Shown here: piece by piece, positions 11,677 through 24,190 of the stretch
How the letters are laid out: every line of letters starts with the position of its first letter
Position numbering within the stretch: position 1 is the stretch's first letter
NCBI GenBank assembly: GCA_040954595.2
Contig: CM082595.2
Span: 1,862,635 to 1,926,634 of the forward strand
Direction of reading: 5' to 3'
Length of the DNA stretch: 64,000 nt
Origin: Balanoglossus misakiensis
Lineage: Eukaryota > Animalia > Hemichordata
Position numbers and translations under genes: made by a program
Notes under the pieces: model-generated
Told to the model about the DNA's origin: nothing
The model's input: only the letters and a program-made list of their open reading frames with translations
Database searches by the model: none

Positions 11677-14600
11677 ACACAGCAGTGAATTCTGCGAACA
11701 ATATCGTATTGGTCAAAACGTCACATGTACTATAGCCCAGTGGTGCAGAGCCCTCTATGGCAGCAGTGATCCAATATGGCTACCGCCACTGTTTTTGATG
11801 CAAGGATTTTTTCATACATGCTAAGGCTGACTAGAAAAAGTGTTTGTCAAATACTCGTTTTCTTTCAAACATCCAAGTGACTTGTCACTTTGAACGCACA
11901 GCGAGAAAACTTTGCCAGACATGTAGACAAAGATTTATTATGTAAATAAGAAGTAATTGTATGAATGTTGTCTAGTGGTGTGGACAATCGTACAAGTGTT
12001 GTTGACTTTTTACCCAAAATGCATTGCAGTATCTAAGAATTTGATCCTCAAGCAGTAATAATAATACAGTGAAGTTGCTTTGGAAGGCCTTTCAAGTTTC
12101 ATATTATTATTTTTTGTAAATATAGAAATTGCTCACAGTCTGCAAACAAGATGATATCTGCATAGATATGTAGTATGGTTGCTAAGTAATCTCAATAAAA
12201 ATGCCTTGAATATGAGTTGAATGAGTGTTATTTCAAATACTCTTTCTGTGCTTGTCAAATGCTGCAATAAAGGTCATAAAAACAAATGACGTCATCATAG
12301 AAAATATTGAAAAAGGAACAGAAGATATCTGTCAGTATATACAACCGTAGACAGTGCTGTCTTTGATTCGATATTGTGACTACAATTCAAGAAGTGACAT
12401 TCAGGAAAAGTAAAACATTTCCAAGATCAAACCATGATTGCCCAGTTATGTTTCCATCAATATGTACAGATCATTGAACTCTGAGGACCAAAGGGAAACA
12501 TAGAATATTTCTTGCAGACCAGTTTCAAAAGACAACATATGCCAACATACAAAATCATAAATTGGTTTATTCAAATATTCCCCCACATCAATTGTACGAT
12601 GTATCCTTTGTATTCAAGTGAACAAATGACATCATGACAGATTAATTAGAAATGGGATGGCCTGAATTATCCCTGAGTAACGAAAATGGAATAGTCCAAA
12701 CCTAATGTGCTAGTTAGTGAGGACTTCGTCTGCTTGCTGATTGTGTCGCATGACATTAGTCATCAGCTGAGGTCGCCCAAGAAATTTCATTGTCTGCACA
12801 AGAGTTTGAAGGTAAGTCACAATTCGGTGTTTGCCTATGAAATCACTAGATAGATGATTTAATAACCTCTACATCATTTACAGGCAATCCTGTCTTATTG
12901 TCCCAAGTCATGGATACCTGAGAAAACCTTTCTTTCGAATCTATGATAGGAATTGTTCCTTATCATGTCGATTTCATGCATGTACATCGGCATGTAATAA
13001 ATGGGTTTTTAAATTCTATTTCAACGCTCTTCTATCTGCTTATTTTAATATTAAAAAACCTGCATTCTAACTATTCCATAGATAAAACTTATCTACATTC
13101 TACATGACAGCTGCATCGAAATTGATCAAGTACATTCCTTGACACTAATAGCCTATGGATATGCCATACTTAATAATGTTGATTAATTACTTTTATGAGA
13201 CATTGTTCTAATCATTATTCATAATCACTGATTAACATAGATAAAATGAAACTACTGACGTCACAGAGCAGGTGCAAGAATCTATCATATTTAATTTTAA
13301 ATGATAATTATTATCAGCAGCCAGGTTAATCATTTATTCAGTTGAGGTTTGACATTGCATACGATTAATTTCCTTGGGATTAAATAGCCCTGAGTTGCAT
13401 ATTAACAGATGATCACAATAACAACTGCAGCTGAAAAAAATTGTGACCGGTGTCCCCAAGATGTGAATATTACACATGCAACAAACTGCGTCAGTTAAAC
13501 AAGATTCTGAGAATTTTCCACGAAAGATTATCTTGGTCAATTTATGTGAATACCCATTAGAGTTATGCCCGGAAGCACTGCATGTCAAGGCAGAACCAAG
13601 GTTCCGCAGTCAGTCACATGTTAGAATTCCAATTAAAAACCGATCAGCTCTTTGCTTTGGGCGTACAGACAATACATCAATGTCTAGGTACCTAGCCACA
13701 TCTTAAAAATGTTACACCTGTCCAGTACTTTGCGATGTTAGAGACCTTCAAAGTGCATAAAACATGTCCCCATCTAAATGGTTGATATTCTTTAATGTGG
13801 GTTAAATATTATATTAATTTAATATCATTTTGAAAGAAAACACTTAAACGAGGTCTTGAATTAAATTAAGCTGTAGATGGATACTGCAAGTTAGAGACGT
13901 CGAAACTATAATACACGATCTATGTAAAAAATCCTCTTGATAAGAAATACTACTGACACAAAATGTTCCAAGTATAGGACCCTCATAAAAATATATGTCA
14001 TAAAGCAATTAAGCGACTCTTGCGGATCTTCCGGGGATATATGTCTTATACTTGTATGTAAATCAAAGGGGCCCTGAGGTTTTTTTTTATCGACGACAAC
14101 GTTGTCTCTGTCTACGGTGTCATTGCACCCAGAGTTAAATAATTTAACGTTCAATAAGAATAACGATACTGGGGCGTTGAATGTGTCGTCATCTTCAAGT
14201 CGACAATCGTGAATAATGACCACAGTCCCTTGTGTGTTTGCCAATAATAAATACCATGCACATTTACGTTTCCTGTAATTACAAAACACCATTAGAAACC
14301 AAGGACGACTTGTCCTCATTAAAGCAGCGAAGTTGATAAATTACGACTTTCCTTGTGAAAACATAATAATGATAATTTCGGAGTCAGTTATGAATGTATT
14401 AGATATATTTTCTGTCCTTATTTTCATGTTTACAGTTATACATCTGTGATGTGTCGAATTAAAAGTCATATACACGTCAAATTAGCCGATTTTAACGTTT
14501 TAACAATCGGAACAATTGAAGACGATATGAAATATACAATACGACATGTTTGTTGCTAGGCTACGTATGAGTGCATCCCTGTGCGACATTACATACGATT

Positions 14601-14858
14601 ACGATGTTAATTTCACGTCGGAAACTTACATATTTCTATTCGCGATTAAGTTTAGGCCTGTTTTGTGTAAACTTTTCAAACTATTTTTGAAAGGATTGCA
14701 ACTCAGACTTTGGTGAACGTCCTGTTGGGCTGAAAGCGTTCAGTTTGGCCGTAGGCGGCGCCGGACATACATCTTTAAGATTATAAAGATCGTGGATTTG
14801 ATATTAAAACTGTGCATTACGTGTTGTTAACTGTTGTTGCAGGTTGCCACGAAAAATC

Positions 14859-17092
14859 ATGCGAGTGTTAACGATCACCGCTCTGGTTTTCCTGATTGTG
14901 TGCCTTACTGTTTTGACAAACAACGAAGTCTTTGCCAAGAAGAAAAACAAGAAGGGAGGAAATAGGGGTGGCAAAGACAATCATGGTGAGTACTCCTCTT
15001 AAAAACGACTGTGCTTAAAACGTATGGATACCATTCCAGCTCATACCGGCTTTAACTGGCCATGGCCGAGGCGAAACACGAGACAGCGAAATGGCTGTAA
15101 TACTATAGATGGTTGTAATCTTTGTGAATTACATTGCAGTTTAACGCACATTGACTTTGATCGTTTCGTCTTTTTTCGTCACATATATATCACTATAACG
15201 ATGATTCCACGATCGATCGCCACCATCGTTTCTTGTGCCGTGTACCACAACCATTCAACCATATGCATCACAATATATTATGCATGCAAGAAGAAAGCTA
15301 CAGATTGCCAATGTTTTGCGAACTCAGGAACGTGTTATGACAATATTAAACCTAGGCCTAAACGGTTACTGTTGTTGGGTCTTGTTTAGAAATGACTGAA
15401 GGTAAAAATGGCAATCGCCATGGCGACAAAGATGAAGATCCAACAGGGGGTGCCACTGTTGATGAAATGGCAGATAATGAAAAGAATATGACGGGTGGTG
15501 TCCCAGATGAAATGACAGATAGTGGAAAGGCAGATATGACAGATGATAGTGATGTCGAAATGCCAAGGAGAGAAAAAAAGAAGAAAGACAAAAAGAGAGA
15601 CAGAAAGAAACCCAAGATAGACGAATCAGAGAAAGCCATGAATGCAAGTAGGTATTATCAGATGGAGGGGGGTTTATATGTAGCTCAACTGGGTCGGAAG
15701 TTGCCGCAATCTCCATTTAGATCTGAACAAGTAAAAGTATTAATTATAAAAAGATTGTGTATTATATAAATTCATAAATTGTAGAAACTATTAAATTTAT
15801 TTCGTCCTGGTCTTCCCTTATTCTGTACTAAGGTTAACTACTCCGTTATCTGATGTCTGTTCTATGACCCTTAACCCGACAGGTGACCCTATCAAGCAGG
15901 ACAACAGTAGTGATGCAGGTGATGGAATGTCAAATGGTAAAACTAAAGACATGGTGTCGTTTGATGAAATGACAGGATTTACTGAACCACCAACTGGTTC
16001 AAGCACCAACGAATCTGTGCCAATCCCAACACCAGAGGGCGCTCCTGCAGAACCAGAAGATGGCAAAAAGGCAAGTTCGCTATTAAGTGCACATTGTACA
16101 TCATCTTGTAAATATGAAATATGTATATTAACAGTGAAGATATTGAGATAATTAATTGTTCTCTCAAGCTGATTATTTATTGACAGTTGTCAGTTCTGAA
16201 CTGACAGTTCTATTCAGGGTGTAACTTTACTCTTATTTTAAATGCAGAACAAAAATAAAAATAACAAAAAGAAGAAAGGAAAGAAGGACAAAGAAATGAC
16301 TGAAATTGAAGATGAAGTTCAAGATGACATTGAAGATGACCTTGGTGTACCTGATAATGGTGGAGTCATAAGCCCTACACTCGATATGAGTATTTTCAAC
16401 ATGAGCTTAATCACAGCGACCGAGCCAACAAACACAAAGAAAAAAAATAAAGACAAGTCCAAAAAGAGAGGCGACAAGAAGAACAAAAAAGACAGGAACA
16501 AGAAACCAAAAAGTGGTGAAGATTTACAAGAATGTCTTGAGAATGCCGAGTGTAACCAAGGTAACGGTTCTCTAACGTTATCTATGTGAATTGAAATCAC
16601 TGTTTTCCGCAATACTTTTAATAATTATCAAATGTTGTTCAGTTGTTGGTGGAATCACTGATTGGATTATTATTGTGTCTGGTCCCACTACTAGGTGCTT
16701 GCTGTGAAGAATCTGACGGTCAACAGGTTTGTGTCGAACATCACAAGAAAGAAGGACAGAAATGTACTCAGAATTGTATGTGTAAACAAGGTAAGATTAC
16801 AACGACACTTTTGTGTGATTTTAAAAGAACTGACAAATTGCTTCGTGCTCGGGGGTCAAATCACTCAATAGTTGCATTCTGGGTAAAAGGTTGACAACTC
16901 ACTGTAGTAAGAGATGTATTTCATGTACCTTGATATCTTGTCTCCATGGTTACTTCTGCAGATCTTCAGTGTTATGCAGATACAGGCAAGGACAAAGGTC
17001 GGTGTGTGGTACCAGACACAGCAGATTTAGACAGTGGATATTTCATCGGACGTGTAGAAGATGCTATAGAGGAAATAATGGAAGAGATGTGA
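14859..17092 (+). CDS. DRAXIN: Draxin (neucrin)-like secreted protein, 370 aa, 6 coding exons
   Basis: Exons 14859-14985, 15390-15647, 15883-16070 (GC donor), 16248-16560, 16695-16790 and 16962-17092 join in frame (1113 nt). The protein has a signal peptide (MRVLTITALVFLIVCLTVLTNNEVFA), a Lys/acidic low-complexity middle containing GGVISPTLDMSIF, and a 10-Cys C-terminal domain (CLENAECNQGACC...CVEHHKKEGQKCTQNCMCKQDLQCYADTGKDKGRCVVPDTADLDSGYFIG). This aligns with vertebrate Draxin (...[27 protein letters not shown]...KGRCVEPETANGDQGSFINV). An acceptor at 14841-14842 implies an upstream non-coding exon (candidate donor ~12812). Confidence 0.85.
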
Positions 17093-17481
17093 AAATGTTA
17101 AAATCAATCCTACTATTTCTACAGAGTTACATCAACCCTCAATTGAGTTGACGATGGACATTTTAGCAGAATTGTCACATAATATTCGTATATCGATCAT
17201 GACATGTAACTCAGAAAATCCACATTGTCATTCGACATTTTGTGCATCTTTATCGTGTCCCACATAATTTCTATCATAAGTCACCTTAAAATTTTGGACA
17301 ATGTCACTGCCACATAAAATACTTATCAGGACGAAAATATCCTTGGTAATTCTTGAAGACGTTACAATGTTTGATTTTACCATTAATAAACCACAGACTT
17401 TAGCACTTTTCCAAAGCACTTTTACACAAAAGAAAACTTGTCAGTACAAGGTGTGTGTATGTTATGATTATGATTATGAGC

Positions 17482-17580
17482 CCAAATATGGTTATGAGTG
17501 CTTAAATGAATGCCCAAATATGGTCGAATACCTATATATGGTTATGCATTGGCTATATTTTATCGCGTTTCCATATATGG
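17482..17580. promoter_or_regulatory. Cluster of CArG boxes (putative SRF/MADS sites) downstream of the Draxin-like stop codon
   Basis: CCAAATATGG at 17482-17491 and 17514-17523, CCATATATGG at 17571-17580, and the near-match CCTATATATGG at 17531-17541. Confidence 0.45.
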
Positions 17581-17957
17581 TGTTTTTATCCAGTGCCTAT
17601 TTGCATAAAAGCTGAACACATATGACACAAGTTCTTCCATAATACATCACAGCATTACAATATTAAACATATTAATGTAACTTAGATAGACTTGAATTAT
17701 TTAATTGAACAGTACATGTATGTCACTTTTATTGTTCAGTAAAATTTGCATTAAAATGAACCAGAGGCTGCCAACCCGGTGTTTCCATAACAACATGATT
17801 GCCTTTATCCATTAATCATCGCGTGTAATACAGTAGTCACTAAAATGAACATACATCCATTTACAATGAAGCAAGTATTTCTGAATGACCAAAATAGTTG
17901 AAATTGCTTATGAGAAACTGAGTGTCTTGTTGAATTTTTACACTTTTAGACCAGCTA

Positions 17958-18047
17958 TTACCCCTTTTACCACCATGGTTCAGTCCAAGCCCTTGTTTTC
18001 TGTGGTAAGGTTTGGACCCCTGAAGAAGGAACTGGGGGTGAAAGGTT
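17958..18047 (+). mobile_element. ~90 bp MITE copy 1 (piggyBac-like termini, degenerate)
   Basis: ttacccc(t)tttaccaccatggttcagtccaa...tttggacc...gaactgggggtgaaagg; same family as the copies at 58527 and 60010. Confidence 0.7.
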
Positions 18048-18614
18048 GTTGATCTGTTTTCATTTCTTTTACATTCAAATGTTTTATGTGTACCAGTCGC
18101 CATGTGGAAATACCATTTCTTGTTTGTAGTGACCATAGAACTTTTTACTGAATCATTCACAGCGTAATTTGAGCTTAATTAAGTCAATCACTTTACCAAT
18201 TTTACTGGAAACAACTACGTGTTAATAAATATAGCCACTTCTTTTTCTTAAAGCGTTGTGTCTTGTAGTCAGAATCCTTTGTAAATCCTTGCTGATTATG
18301 ATTGCTTTATTGGGATGAAGTCATTGGCTGATGATGACACCATTGATGCAAGTAATGAGTGCCCCAAGGTCTTGAATCATACACACATCTCACATTCATC
18401 AACACATCAATCCTGACAAACTAAGACATCACTCCCATGAAGGTTTAAGCACTGTTTAATACAAAATTGCATAAATGGTTTTACACAGGCAGAATCAAAT
18501 ATTTCAATCACACACACAAGCACTGGAACAAGTCAGCTAAATTCAGAATCAATACTTTATTTGCATCTATAGGTTATCAAAAGACTGCCACTTCATTTCT
18601 CACACTATCATAAT

Positions 18615-19645
18615 TCAATCCCGTCTATGACTACTAGCAGCAACTGCCTTCTCATCTCTATTTTCACTTTCTTTCATATATTCCACATAACGCTGATAGA
18701 TCGACCATTCTTCCTGCCTCTTCTCAATTTCCTCTTTGATGTCACGTGCGTACAGCTTCTTAAACTTCAAACTTTCCAGATATCTCTGCCATCGTAGCTG
18801 TTTACGTCTCTCCCTCGCTTGCTTTATTCTCCAGCGCAGAAAGCGACTTCTTTTCAGAAACTTCTTGTACTGATGTCGTTTCATCTTGCGTCTCCGTCTC
18901 TGTATAACTTTCCCCTTTCCTGTCGATGCCTCTTTCTTGATCACATGACTGCCACCCGGCAAATGATGTTCTATTGGGTTAGCTAGGGGGTCTGCTATAA
19001 CTGATGAGTAAGTTAAAGGGTCTATGATGGTAGTCACATGTCCTGTACCTGGGCAGTCTATCATGGTCTTAGATGACTGTGGGTCTAATATCTCAATATT
19101 TGTCCTCAAACCTTGGCATACAAATGGTACACTATATTTTTTCTGTAGTTGACTTTGCATTGATAATAAAGACAACCGAGACAAACTCTGTTCGAGGCTG
19201 ATTCGATTAAAATCAACTTGGGTACTGGCAGCATGCCTTGAAAGACCATATAAATGGAAATGACTGCTCGGTGGATTGTTATTTGCTTCCACGGGTCTAT
19301 TGTGATGAGACAGTCCTCGTGTGTACAGGGTACCTATGGAATTAAAAGGACAACAAAGTTGTATTAGAGAAAGATCTAACACTAGAACAAGTCAGTGAAG
19401 GTATTGCACATATGCCAAACTGTGTTCTTAATCGGTATCAGACTGTACTGTACATCATGACAAGCATCCTGGAATGGAACACTGATGTTGTACTGGTATG
19501 ACAGTCAGATGCAGTCCGATTGAGACAGAGTATGTTGCAAGTAGAGTTGACTAAGGCAGGCCATCTGGTACTTACATGATGTTGGTCGTTTCAGGAAGTT
19601 ACCGTATCTGAGATACAAGCCAACTCTTCTCACCGGGAGAACCAT
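18615..19645 (-). CDS. AURKAIP1: Aurora kinase A-interacting protein 1 / mitoribosomal protein mS38
   Basis: Exons 19576-19645 (MVLPVRRVGLYLRYGNFLKRPTS, basic mitochondrial-type leader) and 18615-19333 join in frame. The C-terminal IQRRRRKMKRHQYKKFLKRSRFLRWRIKQARERRKQ is the mS38/COX24-type basic motif. A non-coding first exon ends near 19981. Confidence 0.88.
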
Positions 19646-20382
19646 GATTTCTTCGCCTAAATAATGGATAATATGTTTAATAATTAGATAAAATTGTACA
19701 TTGATCATGTTCGTCTTGTAATATAGCGAATTCCATAATTCAGGATCTCACCATCCCAGAATCGGTGGGAGGGATGGTCAGGGCGTAACCATGGTAAATT
19801 TCACACCCTCATCCTCACTGACCTCAGGTCACACGTGTACCATTCGCGTATGCGTGTTCATTTCAGCCCCAGTATTAAACATTCTACAACAACGTTCTTT
19901 GATAATCATAACATACTTTAGAGGTTGAAAGCGACATTATACGCTGGACAGTTTGCAAATTCTGAACAAAAACTACTTACCTAGTAATCAGCGTGTAGGT
20001 TTCACATGTAACGGTGTGACCTCGAAACTGATCTACGCCATTTTCTTCACTGAGCAGATGACCTACCCATAATGCATCACGCACCCGTTAACATGAAAAA
20101 TCAGTTTACTGGAGAAATTGTAACAATGTATCAAATTAAACATTAACTTCCGATTTCTTGTCCGTTTCATCGAACTCGTCGATTACCGGTACTGAAATCG
20201 CGACGAGAATCTCTACAGAAAGACAACAGAAATTCGCAAAAGCATGTTCTTTGAGTTTTATTTCCATGCACTTTGACCCCAAAAAACTGAAGTATAATCA
20301 TCGTCTTGTGACTGCTTCACTGTTGGGTGACAGATTACGTGTTTCCAAAGATTTCATACCCGATTCCGGTCAATTTGACAAG

Positions 20383-22194
20383 ATGATGCCGAAAATACCC
20401 CTCAAGGTACCTTATAGTCCTAGAAAGTTACGATTTTACTGAATCGCAGTTGCTTTTTTAGCTCGCATTGAGCTTTTTGTCGTGAAAACGAGACGGATAT
20501 GTAGGTTTCACTTGCAAAATATAATGAATCCATTGTATTCTTCTGGCGTCGAACACGAAATGAGATCACGCCTTGCAACGGACATATGCATAGACAACAA
20601 AGTGCATTAATCATGGATTTTGCTTAAAGTAGTAACTTTCTTTTTCTTGCTTTCAGGCCATTGTGTTGGTGCATTTCGTTTTGACCGTTTGGTAAGTATG
20701 CAATCTAGATCTGTTTGACTATACCTTCCATCAAATGGCAAAATACCTATAGGCCCCTAATGTATTTACAGAAATAATACGCGTGATCGATCCCTTACAT
20801 CAACGTTACTTGGCTGCCATTTTTTCTCAGCACTCATTATTTATGAGATTGTAAACAATATTTGGTGCGGTTTACTAGTAATCGTTTACCAAATAATGCA
20901 AACAGGGAAGAAAATACAAAATTAAAGAACAGAGCAAAAATGCAGGAACAACAGAAATTAATCCTATGTGAGTGACATAAGTACCAATTTTATTTGGATC
21001 AATTACTCAGGATAGATGGTGATAATTTAAATCTGTTTAACGACTGAGTTTATTTCTGGTGAAATAAATATTGCACTGAAATGCAAAATAATTTTATGCT
21101 GTGTTAAATGCAAGTTGTTATGCTTCATTCAATATTTTGGAATTTTTCAATATTATTCCTGTCAAGCAGCCCCTTGTCAATGTTTGCATTCAAAATTAAA
21201 ATATAGGCCTTGTAATCTCAATGTCTAATTGAGTGGCCCCTTTTATCTTCATATCATTCAAAATGAATATCTTGAGAAAACATTGAACCATGTCCACATA
21301 AGTCTATCTGATGATTTTATTCTTGACGTAATCAAAAAATCTGTCTATAACCTTTATAAGAAGGGATAATCCCCTGATAGTTTCAATTACAATATTTTCC
21401 TGATTATTTCCATTTTTATTAGCACAGCTACACTGTATATTTGATCATTTTTAACGTTTTATTATTAACAGGGCAACTCAAGCCTACATCGGTGGTTTTA
21501 TGTGGATCTCTCCAGCCTATGCATATATGAATTTTTTTGTACTTGCAATGGGTATTTGGGCTGTAGCTGACAAGGAGTCCATTGATTCTATTCTTATGGT
21601 GAGACAATAAATTTTTCATTATTCTCATCATTTGAATCATACAGTGTATTATGTACCAACAGCAATGTACGTTATACAAAAATTAAAAGCACAGAAATGT
21701 ATATAGAAATTTCCAGAATTGCAAGATTCATGGAAAATAAACAATTTCATGAAATTTAAAAGTGGACCTCTTTAAAAGGAAATGGGGATGAAATGGTTAA
21801 ATTTTACTGACATTATCCTTGCTCTCTTTCTTTTGGACAGTTTCTAGTCTTGATGTTTGTAAGCATTGTTCTGGACATGATACTCATAGGAATCTACTAT
21901 TCCCGTGGTTACGACATATTCGAACTTCCTCCAAGCAAATATGTAGGAGAGTTCCGATTCAGCGCTGGGATGGCCATTTTGAATTTACTGTTAAAGCCAC
22001 TGACATGTGTTCTGTTGTATCATCAATACCGGGAGCGTGGAGGTGATTACAACGTGGGATTGCCGAACTCCTCCGGAGGCGCACCGACCGGATACGAGAA
22101 TATCGACCAGCCAATTCCAAGCAATAGTCAGGTAGAGGCCGCTCATCCTCACTCTTCAATCCATGACGTTAGTAAACCACCCTTGCCTGAATAA
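20383..22194 (+). CDS. AGTRAP: AGTRAP (type-1 angiotensin II receptor-associated protein), canonical copy 1
   Basis: Exons 20383-20406 (MMPKIPLK), 20657-20691 (AIVLVHFVLTVW), 21472-21598 (...AYAYMNFFVLAMGIWAVADKESIDSILM) and 21841-22194 (FLVLMFVSIVLDMILIGIYY...RFSAGMAILNLLLKPLTCVLLYHQYRERGG...GYENIDQP). Matches human AGTRAP (SYAWANFTILALGVWAVAQRDSIDAISMF...RFGVGMAILSLLLKPLSCCFVYHMYRERGG...AYQTID). Confidence 0.93.
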
Positions 22195-24110
22195 TCATAT
22201 TCAACTAATGCTATTAGTACAACACTGCCTGAAAATGTTTTTGTTTATTCCGCGATATCAACCAGTAAGATTTTGATTGATTTATTATATATCCCAGAAT
22301 CAACATTGGCTGTATTTACGTTGTTGACGATCTGCATATTGAGAAGTTTGGCCATTCTAATTTCTTATATTGGTTTAGTCCAAAATTAGTTTAAAGCCCC
22401 AAAAGCTGCAACTTTTGATGCGAAAAATGGCAGCTACTTAAAACGATTGGCTTCAGCAATGTCTTGGAGAATTGAAACCTGACAGACTGCCATCAGTAAT
22501 GGTGTTGTCAGCAGGGGAGGGTTTGACTAAATTGAATCTCAGTCTATCTGGTTTCAGATATATACATTTGTCAAGATAAGTTGATGAATGCGTTCTAAAA
22601 ATGTAGCAAGTTGCAGTTGAGTGTAGCAGATGTGTGATCATTTATATCTGGCAATTTTTCATCATGCAATACATGTACTTTGCCATATAATTCACCTGGT
22701 ATATTGTATAAGTGCAATGAAAGTCTTTCAATGAGTGCTAATAATTGGATATGGTTTAATATTCACCAAGATAGGGGTGCTAGTCACTCAAATTCATCTA
22801 GATAGTGGTGCTAGTTTTCTTAGCAGAGAGTGCCTGTATCATAAATACCACCTAGCTAGGGAGTGTTTGATATTTGTGTTGATATGATGTTTAAGATGTT
22901 CTTGTTTGTGCTAGAAAAAAAATCAAAAGTTGGGGATACTCAGAATTACTTTATGATGGCCGCAGTTTATAGCGAAAGTGAAAGAAAATAATATCCTTTG
23001 ATTGTTTTAGTGTATGTGTAAATATTATGATGTGAAAGAGTAAAAATAACCTCCACCATATTTCAAAATATTCTCTGACTGAAAACCATGATAATCAAAT
23101 TCTGTTTAGGTGGGGAAGTTATTGCTAAGATATTTCTGTGAAGTTAAATAAATTATTTGATGAACACTAGTTCCAAAAATCATACCCCCATACCAACATA
23201 CAAACCCATTCCTCACCATCTCATACATCTGAGACCTTTGACCTTTTATGGTGAAACAAAGCATACATTAAAATCATAGAGTAATTCAATCACTGATTAT
23301 GTTCATTTTTCTCAAAACTCTCATTTCTGTTTTACTTTTTTCTTTTTCACCCTATTTATGGTTTGAAGAAATACTGAACGGACCCGAAGAGCTGAGAGTT
23401 TAGGAGGTGCTTGTCTTTCCCATACACCCAGTCCCACCCAGTGACATCTATCTCTGCCAGTTTTCATTTCATTTATTGTGTCAATATTACATGAATATCC
23501 TCGGGTTATTATCATGTGATCATCACATGACAATACTGTGGTTGTCACATGGGCAGTAATCTGGCATCACATGATACCGTTTCATTATATTTGCACAACT
23601 TTGAATCATTATGTGACATTTTGCATCAATCCAGTTTCTCTATTTGGTATGTACACATTATTTGATTGTGTATTTTTTATTACTAGTAATGCATATTTTT
23701 GTATGAATTAGTGTGTTTGTCTTTATTCTTTTTGCATAAAATGCGATTTCCCTAACTCTTGCCACTAACTCATTTACGGTTATTGCTTAGTATTAAATAC
23801 GTTTTCATAACTTGTCAAGTTACTTGTCTGACTCTATGATACTATGTATGAAGGTTTTCAACTTTATTTGCCTCAAGTCTTTTTCCAGATATGTTCATCA
23901 AATATTTTGTTTGAAAATAATTTTCCCACCTACCACAATGTACAACCTTCCGACGTTTGTCCAGATAGGAATATGAACAGCACGAAAATCAGGAAGAGCT
24001 TGTATTGAACTTGGCAATAGCATATCAACTTTTGTCTGAAATAATATCCGCAGCTATGGAAAACTTTCAGCGCTAATGGAGATTAACTTTCACCATTTGA
24101 AAATCTAGGA

Positions 24111-24190
24111 TGCTATCTGAAATAAACTCCAGCAGCTATCTGAGATAAACACCCATGACCTATCTGAGATACAACCCTAAGATGCTATTG
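24111..24190 (+). repeat. Degenerate ~23-bp minisatellite
   Basis: Recurring gctatctga(a/g)ataaac units at ~24112, ~24136 and ~24160. Confidence 0.5.

Noticed and set aside
16533-17092. Dickkopf, prokineticin or toxin-like assignment of the Cys-rich domain
   Set aside because: The fold class is shared, but the CMC...CYA...KGRCV.P.TA..D.G.FI tail, the upstream PTLDM motif and the linkage to AGTRAP all point specifically to Draxin.
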